Origin: Candidatus Helarchaeota archaeon
GTDB taxonomy: Archaea > Asgardarchaeota > Lokiarchaeia > Helarchaeales > RDOG01
Direction of reading: 5' to 3'
DNA: 64,000 bases
Assembly (NCBI GenBank): GCA_019058315.1
Contig: JAHPZH010000001.1
Coordinates: 1,233,432 to 1,297,431, forward strand
The notes beneath the pieces are model-generated. The model was not told the DNA's origin. It worked only from the letters and a program-made list of their open reading frames with translations, and did not search any database. A program made the translations under genes and the position numbers. Of the stretch, positions 12,901 through 21,634 are shown piece by piece; position 1 is the first letter of the stretch; every line of letters starts with the position of its first letter.

Positions 12901-15900
12901 TATATTACTCAAAGTTATGAAGATTTTAATTTTCTTAAATTTGAATACGGTAATTGGTATGACCTTAATATTTATCTTAATCAGACACTAGATATCTTCG
13001 TAAATTATACAAATAACGAAACAGGTCCAAATTATAAACTACAAAATGAGACTAATGACAATATTGACATTAATATAGATTTGTATAATAGAACTGACAT
13101 GAGTTGGATGGGTTATTATAATGCAACAGCATATATAAGCAATCAGTTTAATATAACCATAGATCCTACAAAATATAATCTTTTAGTTGGTGATTATTTT
13201 CTAAATATTTCTTTTAAGAAATTTAATTACGAAAGAGCTTATATATTTGTAAACCTTTCAGTGAATCCATGGCGTTCCTATCTTATTCCAATAGGTCAAG
13301 CAGGAATTAATACAACGATTAATCAATGGCAAGATCAAACAATTATATTTCGAGCAAATTACTCTAAAATAATTTTTAATAAGACTTCTCCACGTTTTGG
13401 AATTGTTGAAGTCGTCACGGATGCAATTCAATGGAATGCTGTGATAAATTACACAATTAAAACTTTAACAAATCAAACTATTAAGACAGGTTCTAATCTA
13501 TCATATAATAACATTACAAAATTATGGGAACTAACCGAAATAGTGTATTTGAAATCAGATTTAAATAATACAATTCCACCAGGTTTATATAAGATATGGT
13601 TGAATTCTAGTGGAAATAATATTGCCCCAATGAACGCTATAATCAATTTACGAGTTTTGGAATGGCTTCCTTCAGAAATTATTTTTCTTTCTCCCCCTGA
13701 AATTTCTGAAGATGGTATGTTACTTATATTCTTACAATATAAGGCAAATAATACACCAATTCAACAGGCATTAAGTCTAAAATTGACTTTAATTTTAGAG
13801 GGAGGGCTACCTATTCCATTAGATTTCTCAATAAAAACAGGCTCGGATGGATCTCTCCAAACATCTTTACCCGTATTTGCGGGTGTTAAATCTATTTTAT
13901 GTTGGGTAGAATTTATGGGCACGAATGATTCGTATCCTAAATGGTCTATAAAACCAAGTCAATCTATTCCATTATCTACTTCAATAACATCAATATGGAC
14001 ATCACTAGTTCCGATATTTGTTATTGCAGTAGTTGTTTTTATAGGTGTAATAACAATATATGTCATAAATAGGAAAGTTAGAGTAAAAAGACAATCGAAA
14101 GTAATGGTGGAAGCAGAAAAGACCTTTGATTATTTTAATGATCTAATTAGCCTTCGTAAAATATACATAATGCATAAGAAATTACAAACAACTATTTTTC
14201 AACAAAATTATAACATGGAAGATTTTAATGATTTTACTAATAAAGCATTAATAAATATGATCAAAGGATTTGGGAAAGGCAAATCAGGTTATAGTGCTTC
14301 GTTAGATTTAGTTCGTTTTCAAGATTTGGTGATAATAATTGATGATGGAGATTTAACAAGGACTGCCTTTATTTTATCTAAGCTTCCTACTAATAAGTTC
14401 TTAAAAGGAATAGTTCGTTTCCTTCAATTTTTTGAAATAAATAATTATGATATTTTGAAAAAAGATGGGCAATTTGCAAAAGAAAGTAAAATTGAAAGAC
14501 TTTTAGATTATATTTTTGAAATTTCAATAATTTTACCTTATAGGGTTACTATGAAAGGTATGAATATGAAGTTAAATGCTTTTAGAAGCCAATTAGTAAT
14601 GACCGCATATGAATGCTCTCCAGAGGGATATTTCTTCATAGCTGATCTCTTCCAAAAAACCTTAAAAAAATCAGTAATACCAGAAATGATGATTTTCAAG
14701 GAGATTTCGTATTTAATTGATAGACGTGCATTTATTCTTTATTCATTAAAGCAATTAAAAGAGAAAGGTGGAAAAATTAAATATATATCAACAAAAGAAG
14801 TTAAATTTGGGAAGCCGGAAGAAAAATTAAAAGAAACTCCAAAGGGCGGTGAGGAACCTATAGATGAAGAATACATTACTCCCGTAACAGCACGTATAAT
14901 GGAGGATTATGAATTTCCAGAACCTACTTTACCAACTAAATTACTAACAACTGAATTAGATACATTCGAAGAACCTTTGATTGAAGAAGAAATTGATGAG
15001 GATGGAAAAACTCCCTTTGAATTAATTGTAGAAAAAGAGTTCGAAAAACCATCAATAGAAGAAAAAGTTGAAATTATAGAACCTGAAATTAAAAAAGTTG
15101 ATATTGAAAAAAAGGTAATTCCAAAAAAAACAATTACTATTAAACCAATCCCTATTAAACCTGTTATTAAGCCTAAACCAATAGAAGTTATAAAAATAAA
15201 ACCCAAACCAATTAAGATAATTAAACCTGTTGAAAAACCTGAGCCAATTATTAAAAAGATTAAACCAAAACTCATACAAGAGGAACTAAAACCTAGTAAA
15301 TTTATTCAAATAGGTGAAATTGAAGATAAAAAAATTGATAAGACCGTAATCGATGTTGTTAATAGAACTAATAAACTTATTACTACAATGGATGAAATTG
15401 AGAAGTATATTGGAAAGTCAGTAAAAGAAATTGTGGCAAATAAAGAAGATATAGATGCTATTACGCTTGAAGTCTTGAAAATATTTGAAGATAAAAACCT
15501 AATTATTGAAAATGAAATTGAAACTGCAAAAACTAAGTTAAAGAGTGCAGAAAAAATTGTAGAAAAGCTATTATTTTATTTAATTGATATTGAAAAAGAA
15601 CTTGAGAAAAGTGACAAAGAATTTAGTATAATATCAAAAGATATTAGATTAATAAGAAAGAAATTTGAAAAACAATCTAAATCCGAAGTGGAAATAGATT
15701 TACAAAAACTAGATCAAGTTCAGCAAAAATTAACTGAAATTGATGATAAAATTGTCAAATCGCTAGAAGTAAGAGAAAAATTTGAAGCTAGTCTCAACGA
15801 ATCAGCTAAAATAGTTGAAAAACTTGATGATAAAATCAAAGATTTAGAGAAAAATATGGAATCAGATAAGATTGAAAAACAAGAAATTATAGACGAAAAA

Positions 15901-16044
15901 GCTAAAACATACGATTTGAAACTCCATTGCCCATCTTGTAATAAAATAATTGAAGATAGGGAATTAAACCTTCTTAAAAAGGGCTTCACTCCAGAATGTC
16001 CAGCATGTGGGAAAGTTTTAAAACCATCGGAATTTGATCTGTAA
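9979..16044 (+). CDS. Giant (2021 aa) single-pass cell-surface protein with cytoplasmic longin-like, Pro/Lys-rich, coiled-coil and Zn-ribbon regions
   Basis: Signal peptide; ~1300-aa beta-rich ectodomain with dozens of N-x-S/T sequons; TM helix (LVPIFVIAVVVFIGVITIYVI) followed by a basic stop-transfer segment; PIKP-rich linker; terminal CPSC...CPAC. Confidence 0.85.
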   Translation: MKRDKKLIILIYIFFLSSLFFIPINNFNNSDIFNNSIFKKNAIKKDYIIKSDSVNSISLQGTGSNLKGEEYPYNVSNEQGLINNDEINWSVPNTYSGKEFWVKIENLTANGSFTSPQNADQAVIFEGDYASGSIGDTNTTDGNYYQVNDDITPSQDALDFDFEFDISGISKTDVNSIFFYVVGQRSILGQDVQIRIYNFSSLSYVNIGTITNFFTWDTDFGTIYGNDCFDNSDPRIRLNFYSSDLDGNYVRLDHVYVIVNYSVSFVSVNPETINFRVRHESTNYPITSANFNSTTIQGNWLAPTTETFTFLSDYSANFDIETIFLLNKSRNADIYYYLAGNENFENTWKVNYSVGSIPSGYQNINFTVNLPNDWEYLNTTAPDGSDNTAQTNTVIIGNKLVVSVSSSAIDPFVAQLPLNWSIWANSSNYISTIQFFQYPDFVTPMLSPIIYNLTDNMTVKCPLSTPTNSPSSANLTIFNSTDDIVHQELNVDVIGSTITFTGWNTSKYNSNGQYKAQVTWFNGTQIGFKNSTFWCVYKTTVQMVVPSLNPFDWGFNRTLEVTVRFLNTFTNQGIPGASIAQYIFNSSISQNLFDKSNGNYNLTETNMELDLKPHDLFINFSKFGYHNITNFHIVVNIINDTELNLIVENFTLQLTNPTIINSYFPENITITANYTQLWVTLPNPLTNAILNISINENYYADMIPKIGQPGLYYLIINSSDLVFSFFDIGQNNITISAWKNGYFPHVKTFLWNIIETPTSLSANISTHADYGGIPFKVELYFNNTYHNYKYNITDANFTIKFGVSQTFYELHNDNITNYYNGTYIIAISFDIYNYNYNFQLNITAWRPGYDNKTVSIDTAIWVYNTSIVYWDYSSIIPLYANQTIDIGLNRSIFGNFTFPIGIQPDIDVKINQTYGVFWENITNEGNYTITLITDHDISNINASIQKVNITINKTNHKIIFLLSSFIIRENNTRAYITQSYEDFNFLKFEYGNWYDLNIYLNQTLDIFVNYTNNETGPNYKLQNETNDNIDINIDLYNRTDMSWMGYYNATAYISNQFNITIDPTKYNLLVGDYFLNISFKKFNYERAYIFVNLSVNPWRSYLIPIGQAGINTTINQWQDQTIIFRANYSKIIFNKTSPRFGIVEVVTDAIQWNAVINYTIKTLTNQTIKTGSNLSYNNITKLWELTEIVYLKSDLNNTIPPGLYKIWLNSSGNNIAPMNAIINLRVLEWLPSEIIFLSPPEISEDGMLLIFLQYKANNTPIQQALSLKLTLILEGGLPIPLDFSIKTGSDGSLQTSLPVFAGVKSILCWVEFMGTNDSYPKWSIKPSQSIPLSTSITSIWTSLVPIFVIAVVVFIGVITIYVINRKVRVKRQSKVMVEAEKTFDYFNDLISLRKIYIMHKKLQTTIFQQNYNMEDFNDFTNKALINMIKGFGKGKSGYSASLDLVRFQDLVIIIDDGDLTRTAFILSKLPTNKFLKGIVRFLQFFEINNYDILKKDGQFAKESKIERLLDYIFEISIILPYRVTMKGMNMKLNAFRSQLVMTAYECSPEGYFFIADLFQKTLKKSVIPEMMIFKEISYLIDRRAFILYSLKQLKEKGGKIKYISTKEVKFGKPEEKLKETPKGGEEPIDEEYITPVTARIMEDYEFPEPTLPTKLLTTELDTFEEPLIEEEIDEDGKTPFELIVEKEFEKPSIEEKVEIIEPEIKKVDIEKKVIPKKTITIKPIPIKPVIKPKPIEVIKIKPKPIKIIKPVEKPEPIIKKIKPKLIQEELKPSKFIQIGEIEDKKIDKTVIDVVNRTNKLITTMDEIEKYIGKSVKEIVANKEDIDAITLEVLKIFEDKNLIIENEIETAKTKLKSAEKIVEKLLFYLIDIEKELEKSDKEFSIISKDIRLIRKKFEKQSKSEVEIDLQKLDQVQQKLTEIDDKIVKSLEVREKFEASLNESAKIVEKLDDKIKDLEKNMESDKIEKQEIIDEKAKTYDLKLHCPSCNKIIEDRELNLLKKGFTPECPACGKVLKPSEFDL

Positions 16045-16063
16045 ATCATTTTGTGGAATCAAA

Positions 16064-17188
16064 ATGGATGTAGGTATATTCATTTTTCCTCAATATATCA
16101 AAAAGGAGGAAATTAACCAGATATTAGAAAACCTTACTAATTATTCTATTAGTCAAATCCATGTAAGTTTTAATTACAGTTCCTTATTAGAAAATAAACC
16201 TAATCAAGACGTTCTATTTTTTAAACCAGATAATTCTTACTACCAAATCGATAATAAATTGCTGCAATATTCCCGAGAAAATTGGAATATTTTTCAAAAA
16301 TTTATTGAGAGCGCTAATAAATCAGGATTCAAGATTATTGCTTGGCTTAATTGTTTAGAAAATCAAAATATTTTATTGAAATATCCAGATTGGGCACAAG
16401 TGAATCATATTGGAGAAAAAAGTAAAAGATTTTTATGCCCAAATAATTTATCGGTCCAAAAATACTTTTCAAGTCTTATTAAAAATATAATAGAAAAATA
16501 TCCAGTTCAAGGTATTGAATTATTTAATGCTAGATTTCCATTTCCATATAAAGAAGAATTATGTTGTTTTTGTGAATCTTGTGAGAGAGAGGCAACAAAA
16601 CCACGTGCATTAGAAGATTTAAAAGAGCGAGAAATTGTGGATGAATCATGGAAAGGATTTAGCATCAAACAGCTTCGTAAATATTTTATTAAAAATTCTC
16701 ATTTGTTATCGGAAAAAACTCTTGGTGAAGATAGTGTATTTCAATCTTGGAATAGATTTCGATACAATTCTATAACACGATTTGTTGGAAACATATTAAT
16801 TTCAGCCCGTCAAACGGATCAGAATATATCTTTAGGTACTGATATATGGCCTATTTCAAAAGCGGAATTAATAGGTCAAAATTATGCTGATCTAGCTACT
16901 TATCAAGATTTAATTTATCAAATCTTATTTATGAAGGATAAACATTTTCAAAAATATACTGAAATAATTAAAGAAATTAATGAATTGAAGAAGTTGATTA
17001 AAAAAGCAAGAGGACTAAAAAAATTCTATACGTGTATAAGTTTGGATGAACAAATACAAAAGAACGAATTTCAACGAATAATTAATGCTACAAAACAAAT
17101 AGGAGTTAAGGGAATAGTATTTTTTCATTATAAAAAAGAATTTGAATTAAGATTGGAAATTATTAGCGAATTTTTAAAAAATTCATAA
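16064..17188 (+). CDS. Glycoside hydrolase-like TIM-barrel protein (GHL10/DUF187-like)
   Basis: GFKIIAWL, KYPDWAQVNHIG..FLCPNN, CCFCESC, W..FRYNSIT. The ATG at 16064 is preferred over the ORF-track TTG at 16034. Confidence 0.6.
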   Translation: MDVGIFIFPQYIKKEEINQILENLTNYSISQIHVSFNYSSLLENKPNQDVLFFKPDNSYYQIDNKLLQYSRENWNIFQKFIESANKSGFKIIAWLNCLENQNILLKYPDWAQVNHIGEKSKRFLCPNNLSVQKYFSSLIKNIIEKYPVQGIELFNARFPFPYKEELCCFCESCEREATKPRALEDLKEREIVDESWKGFSIKQLRKYFIKNSHLLSEKTLGEDSVFQSWNRFRYNSITRFVGNILISARQTDQNISLGTDIWPISKAELIGQNYADLATYQDLIYQILFMKDKHFQKYTEIIKEINELKKLIKKARGLKKFYTCISLDEQIQKNEFQRIINATKQIGVKGIVFFHYKKEFELRLEIISEFLKNS

Positions 17189-17203
17189 TTTAGAATAAAA
17201 GTA

Positions 17204-17989
17204 TTAATTATGATTTACTAATCCTATTTTTCGAGCGATATTTTCCACTGCTTTATAAGCTTCTGAATCTTTTAATCCAGTTATAGGTTTACCCAGAAAA
17301 TTAAACTCTGAAATCTGTTCATCTTGAGGAATAATGCCAGCAAATTCGATTCCAATTTTTTTTGCAGATGCTTTCAATTTTTCTTCCATTTCCGGAGTAA
17401 ATCTATTTCCGACTATAAACATTTTCTTGAAAGATATATTTACTTCTTTTGTTAATTCTTTAATTCTTTCAGCCGTTTTTATACCCATTTGACTAGGATC
17501 AGTAATGATAAACATGATATCAACGTCTCTAGCAGTTCTCCTACTTAAATGTTCAAGACCAGCTTCCATATCCATTAGTGTAATATTGTAGTTGTTGCTC
17601 AAGCTATCTACAATTCCTGTAAGTAGCTGATTAGGGAAACAATAACAACCATCTCCTTCACAGCGCCCCATTGTTAGTAAATCAAAGTCATCTTCTTCTT
17701 TTAATATTTTAAAAACATCAGATTCTAAAATTTGTTGTTTTGTTGTGCCTGGAGGAATCGTTCCTTTTTCTATTTGTTTTTTTAAAGAAAACGCCGCTCC
17801 GCCAACGGTATCACACCTTGGAACTTCAATACCAAGTAAATCAGGCAAATTAGAATCTGGATCAGCATCCACTACTAAAATATCTAAATTTTTGTTATTT
17901 TTAATTAGCACTTGTAATAATAATGCAGAAAAAGTGGTTTTTCCTACTCCACCTTTTCCAGAAACAGTTATTACTATATTTTTTGTCAT
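17204..17989 (-). CDS. cooC: CooC/AcsF-type nickel-insertion ATPase (CODH/ACS maturation)
   Basis: GKGGVGKTT, VDADP, GDGCYC (CxC Ni-binding), DMEAGLEHLSR. Confidence 0.9.
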   Translation of the reverse strand: MTKNIVITVSGKGGVGKTTFSALLLQVLIKNNKNLDILVVDADPDSNLPDLLGIEVPRCDTVGGAAFSLKKQIEKGTIPPGTTKQQILESDVFKILKEEDDFDLLTMGRCEGDGCYCFPNQLLTGIVDSLSNNYNITLMDMEAGLEHLSRRTARDVDIMFIITDPSQMGIKTAERIKELTKEVNISFKKMFIVGNRFTPEMEEKLKASAKKIGIEFAGIIPQDEQISEFNFLGKPITGLKDSEAYKAVENIARKIGLVNHN

Positions 17990-18084
17990 TTATTCAACTC
18001 CATCTTTCTAATTAAATAAACTGAAAATTTATATTAGAAATTTATTATTACGGATTGAAACTTTAGACTAATAGTTAATAGAAA

Positions 18085-18489
18085 CTAAGCCGTTTGTTGT
18101 TTTTTGGGTTGAGGAATTTTTCTTTTTCTTTTATTTCTCTTAGTCTTATATTGAAATTTTCCCCTTTCGTCTTTAATATCCTCATAAGTGTCAATGATTT
18201 TCCTAATAAATCCACTAAGCTTTTTGTATGTGATTTTTTCTGGGTTATTTAATATTTCTAAAATATCTTTATTATCAGAATCCACATTTAAGCCCAAATA
18301 TTCCAAAGGTACTTGAAATGATTGAATAACATAGCCGGTATCTTTATCCATTTTTCCTCTAATTTGTTTAACGCCCAATTTTGGATCAAAATCATATTGT
18401 TTAAGACCTATCATCTTTTTCTCATTTCTTATTCGAATAGTAATGAAATTTAGGTCCTCTTCTTTAACTTTTTTTGGACGTTTTGGCAT
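18085..18489 (-). CDS. Hypothetical basic protein
   Basis: 134-aa ORF with an ATG start and K/R-rich termini; family not recognised. Confidence 0.65.
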   Translation of the reverse strand: MPKRPKKVKEEDLNFITIRIRNEKKMIGLKQYDFDPKLGVKQIRGKMDKDTGYVIQSFQVPLEYLGLNVDSDNKDILEILNNPEKITYKKLSGFIRKIIDTYEDIKDERGKFQYKTKRNKRKRKIPQPKKQQTA

Positions 18490-18533
18490 TTTTTTCCCTT
18501 TTAAATGAATTTATACAAATTATTTAAATTCAA

Positions 18534-19400
18534 TTATATAAAATTGATTGAATCTCCTTTAAAACCCATTTTTTGTAGTATGAGCTCAGCTTCATTTATA
18601 ATGTTATTAATAAATTCCTTAACTGTTAAAATCTGATCTATGACTCCAACCGCCATAGAGGGAACAGCAGAATCACGTAGTTGTAGATGAAAAACTTTTT
18701 TATGAAGGTCTTCATCGAATGCATCTTGTTCAACAAGTTTATGCTGTTTAAATTTATCGGGTATTGGACATTCTTTACAAGCCATAAAAGCTGTTCCCAT
18801 ACAGACAGCTTGAGCTCCCATGGTTAGGGCAGATAGAAATCCTCTCGCATCTCCAATTCCGCCAGCAGCAATGACAGGAATTTTTAGTTGTCTGACAGCA
18901 TTTGTCATATTAATTAAAGTAGTATTTTGAACTGGGTTTTTGTAACCAGTCCCTTCTAATCCTACAATAGTTACTCCATCTGCACCTTGTCTTTCAGCAG
19001 CCAAGGCATGCTTCATAGTTGCTACCTTATGGAACCAATTGATTCCATGTGATTTTACTTTTTGTCCAATTTTCATTGCTTTATAAGCAGAAGTAAAGAC
19101 TGTCCTAATATCCTCTTCTATAATAATATCAACCATTTCATCAAAAAAATTTTCACCAAAACCCCTTTCTCTTAATATTGAAAAATTAACACCAAATGGT
19201 TTATTTGTTAACTTTTTGCATTTTTGAATATCTTCTCTCAGTTTATCAGGACTTCTAAATGCAATTGCTGTGATAACGCCCATTCCGCCAGCCTCAGATA
19301 CCGGAGCGGCTATTTTGTGTGTTCCAAATGTTGCAAATGCTCCTTGTATTATTGGGAATTCACAGCCCGTTATTTCAGTAAATTTAGTTTTCCATTTCAT
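18534..19400 (-). CDS. Nitronate monooxygenase / FabK-like FMN oxidoreductase
   Basis: PIIQGA, VSEAGGMG, T.KPFGVN, IPVIAAGGIGDARG, GAQAVCMGTAF. Confidence 0.88.
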   Translation of the reverse strand: MKWKTKFTEITGCEFPIIQGAFATFGTHKIAAPVSEAGGMGVITAIAFRSPDKLREDIQKCKKLTNKPFGVNFSILRERGFGENFFDEMVDIIIEEDIRTVFTSAYKAMKIGQKVKSHGINWFHKVATMKHALAAERQGADGVTIVGLEGTGYKNPVQNTTLINMTNAVRQLKIPVIAAGGIGDARGFLSALTMGAQAVCMGTAFMACKECPIPDKFKQHKLVEQDAFDEDLHKKVFHLQLRDSAVPSMAVGVIDQILTVKEFINNIINEAELILQKMGFKGDSINFI

Positions 19401-19404
19401 TATC

Positions 19405-20925
19405 TTAATCTCCTAATTTCTTATTAGATTCTTGATGTTTCTCTAGAAAATGAGTATAATCTATTAAATATTTCAGAGCTCTTGCTGCATCCTCCACACT
19501 GCCATATGCAGGAAATTTTTTCAAAAACAATTTTGTATCATCTACTCTTTCATGAGGATAACAAACATCAATAACCGCTACTGCAACTAATTTTCCCGCT
19601 TTTTTAAGTCTAGATAAATTTTTAAATAAATTTTGATAATAAATATCTTTCATGCTTTCTACGCCAAAAAAATCAAGGCGAGGAAAATAGATATATTGTA
19701 AAGATATTTCAAAAATAATTGAGCTAATTGGAAGGTCTATTAAAACATCGAATATATTTTTAATTCCTGAAAAATTAAAGAAATCATAAGCAAGATCAAG
19801 TGGATTTGTCGAGTTCACTCCTATTGTATATATCATAATATCTTCAATTTTTTTTATCGTTTCAGGTGAAAATTTAGGAACATTTAAACCTACCTTCATA
19901 ACATCATCAGTATTTGTGACAGAGCTACCTCCTGAAATTGAAAGCAGAACTACATCCTTATTAATATTATTAAGTGCAAGGTTACTAGGTTTATAATGTT
20001 TGAATGTAATTATACAATTTACAAATTCCCGGAAGTTATTGACTTTAATGATACCTGCTTGTTTTACTGCAGCGTTCCAAATATCTATTGATCCCGATAA
20101 AGCTCCTGTATGAGTAAATGCAGCTTTTGCGCCAGCATCAGTAACTCCTCCTTTCCAAAGAATAACAGGCTTTTTTAATGATGCTTCTCGAAGAATTTTA
20201 AAGAATCTTGGGCTATCTTTTTTGCGTACTCCTTCAATATAAGCACAAATAATTTTTGTTTTTTTATCATGTGTTAAATATTCAAGAAAATCAGTACAAG
20301 TCAAATCTATTTGATTTCCATAACTAATAAATTTACTGATTCCGATTCCTAAATCTTTCAATTTGTACGCTAAATTTTGAGCTAGTCCACCCGATTGGGC
20401 GATAAAACCGATATTACCCACCCGTAATGATAGATCTTGTCTAAAAGAAACTTTAGATTCAGGGCAATATATTCCCATGCAGTTAGGACCAATAACACGT
20501 AAGGGTGGATTGTTTTTTTGATTGTTTAAAATTGAAATTAACTTATTTTCAAGCAAAGTACATTCATTTTTTCCTGTTTCAGAAAAACCTGATGTGAAAA
20601 TTGTAACTAATTTTGCTTTTTTTTCAATACATTCCTTAAGAACTTGGGGAACTCGTGGTGCGGGAACGGTTATTACCGCATAATCTATAGGTTCAGAAAT
20701 ATCCAATATTGATTTATAAAAAGGAATTCCATAAGCTGCATTTGGACCTTTGGGATTAATTGGGAACACTTTTCCGAGAAAACCAGCTAAAACAAAATTT
20801 TGTAGCCAAAAATAATCATTTTTTTTCGATACCCCAATTAAAGCTACTGACTGTGGTTTAAAATATGAATCAAATTCTTTAAATTCTTCTTCATTCAAAA
20901 ACAAGTCACCATCAAACGAATACAA
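19405..20925 (-). CDS. Acyl-CoA synthetase (NDP-forming) alpha subunit
   Basis: F.PQSVALIGVS, RVIGPNCMG, AQSGG, SYGNQIDL, and the phospho-His motif AAFTHTGAL. Confidence 0.9.
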   Translation of the reverse strand: MYSFDGDLFLNEEEFKEFDSYFKPQSVALIGVSKKNDYFWLQNFVLAGFLGKVFPINPKGPNAAYGIPFYKSILDISEPIDYAVITVPAPRVPQVLKECIEKKAKLVTIFTSGFSETGKNECTLLENKLISILNNQKNNPPLRVIGPNCMGIYCPESKVSFRQDLSLRVGNIGFIAQSGGLAQNLAYKLKDLGIGISKFISYGNQIDLTCTDFLEYLTHDKKTKIICAYIEGVRKKDSPRFFKILREASLKKPVILWKGGVTDAGAKAAFTHTGALSGSIDIWNAAVKQAGIIKVNNFREFVNCIITFKHYKPSNLALNNINKDVVLLSISGGSSVTNTDDVMKVGLNVPKFSPETIKKIEDIMIYTIGVNSTNPLDLAYDFFNFSGIKNIFDVLIDLPISSIIFEISLQYIYFPRLDFFGVESMKDIYYQNLFKNLSRLKKAGKLVAVAVIDVCYPHERVDDTKLFLKKFPAYGSVEDAARALKYLIDYTHFLEKHQESNKKLGD

Positions 20926-21198
20926 TAATTGGGTATTATTTTAATTTACGGTAATAAAAATTCATTTTAAATTTAATCCGATATCTTTTTAAAAAAAAGA
21001 AAAAATGACCTAATATCAAAAATCTTTACGCAGAATGATGAAAATCTTTTTCATAATGAAAATCTGAAGTGTAATATAAATAACCTGATATAAAATTCCA
21101 TTATCAATAAAAGGACAATTATTATAAAGTTTTTTTCAAATTTTTATTTAGAAATATACAGATTAAATATAGCAGAAATAATATGAGATGTTGAAATT

Positions 21199-21420
21199 AT
21201 GTGTTTAGCCATTCCAGCTAAAGTTTTAGAGATTGAGGGCGAATATGCTAAAGTAGATTTTGGGGGCATAATTAAGAAAGTATTAATTAACCTATTAGAA
21301 AAGGTCGAGATTGGAAATTACGTTATTGTTCATGCAGGTTATGCAATTGAAGTAATGAGCGAAGAAGAGGGAATAAAAACCAAAATTCTTTTGGATGAAA
21401 TGCTCACCTCTCTTGATTAA
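21199..21420 (+). CDS. hypC: Hydrogenase maturation chaperone HypC
   Basis: MCLAIPAKV...AKVDFGG...GNYVIVHAGYAI. Confidence 0.95.
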   Translation: MCLAIPAKVLEIEGEYAKVDFGGIIKKVLINLLEKVEIGNYVIVHAGYAIEVMSEEEGIKTKILLDEMLTSLD

Positions 21421-21634
21421 TTTCATTTTTCAATTTCCTTTTTAATTCCAAATAAAACCATAAATGATTTATTTTTAACTCTTTTAACTTTATTAGTTTA
21501 ATTTTTCATTTGTATTATAATAATACAAAAGATTTGTTTTATTCGAATTATTAAAACAAAAATTTAAAAATTATGATAGAAAATTCTTTACAAAAATTAA
21601 ATTCATCACATAATTTTACATTAAGGATAATTAC

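Noticed and set aside
15040-15300. Repetitive AAACC(A/T)ATT-like DNA that could suggest a tandem repeat or array
   Set aside because: It is explained by the in-frame Lys-Pro-Ile low-complexity linker of the giant protein. There is no constant repeat-spacer period.
21035-21088. Possible box C/D sRNA (ATGATGA ... CTGA ... CTGA, 54 nt)
   Set aside because: The spacing does not fit the C-guide-D'-C'-guide-D layout, no good C' box is present, and the would-be guides are almost all A/T. This is likely chance in AT-rich DNA.
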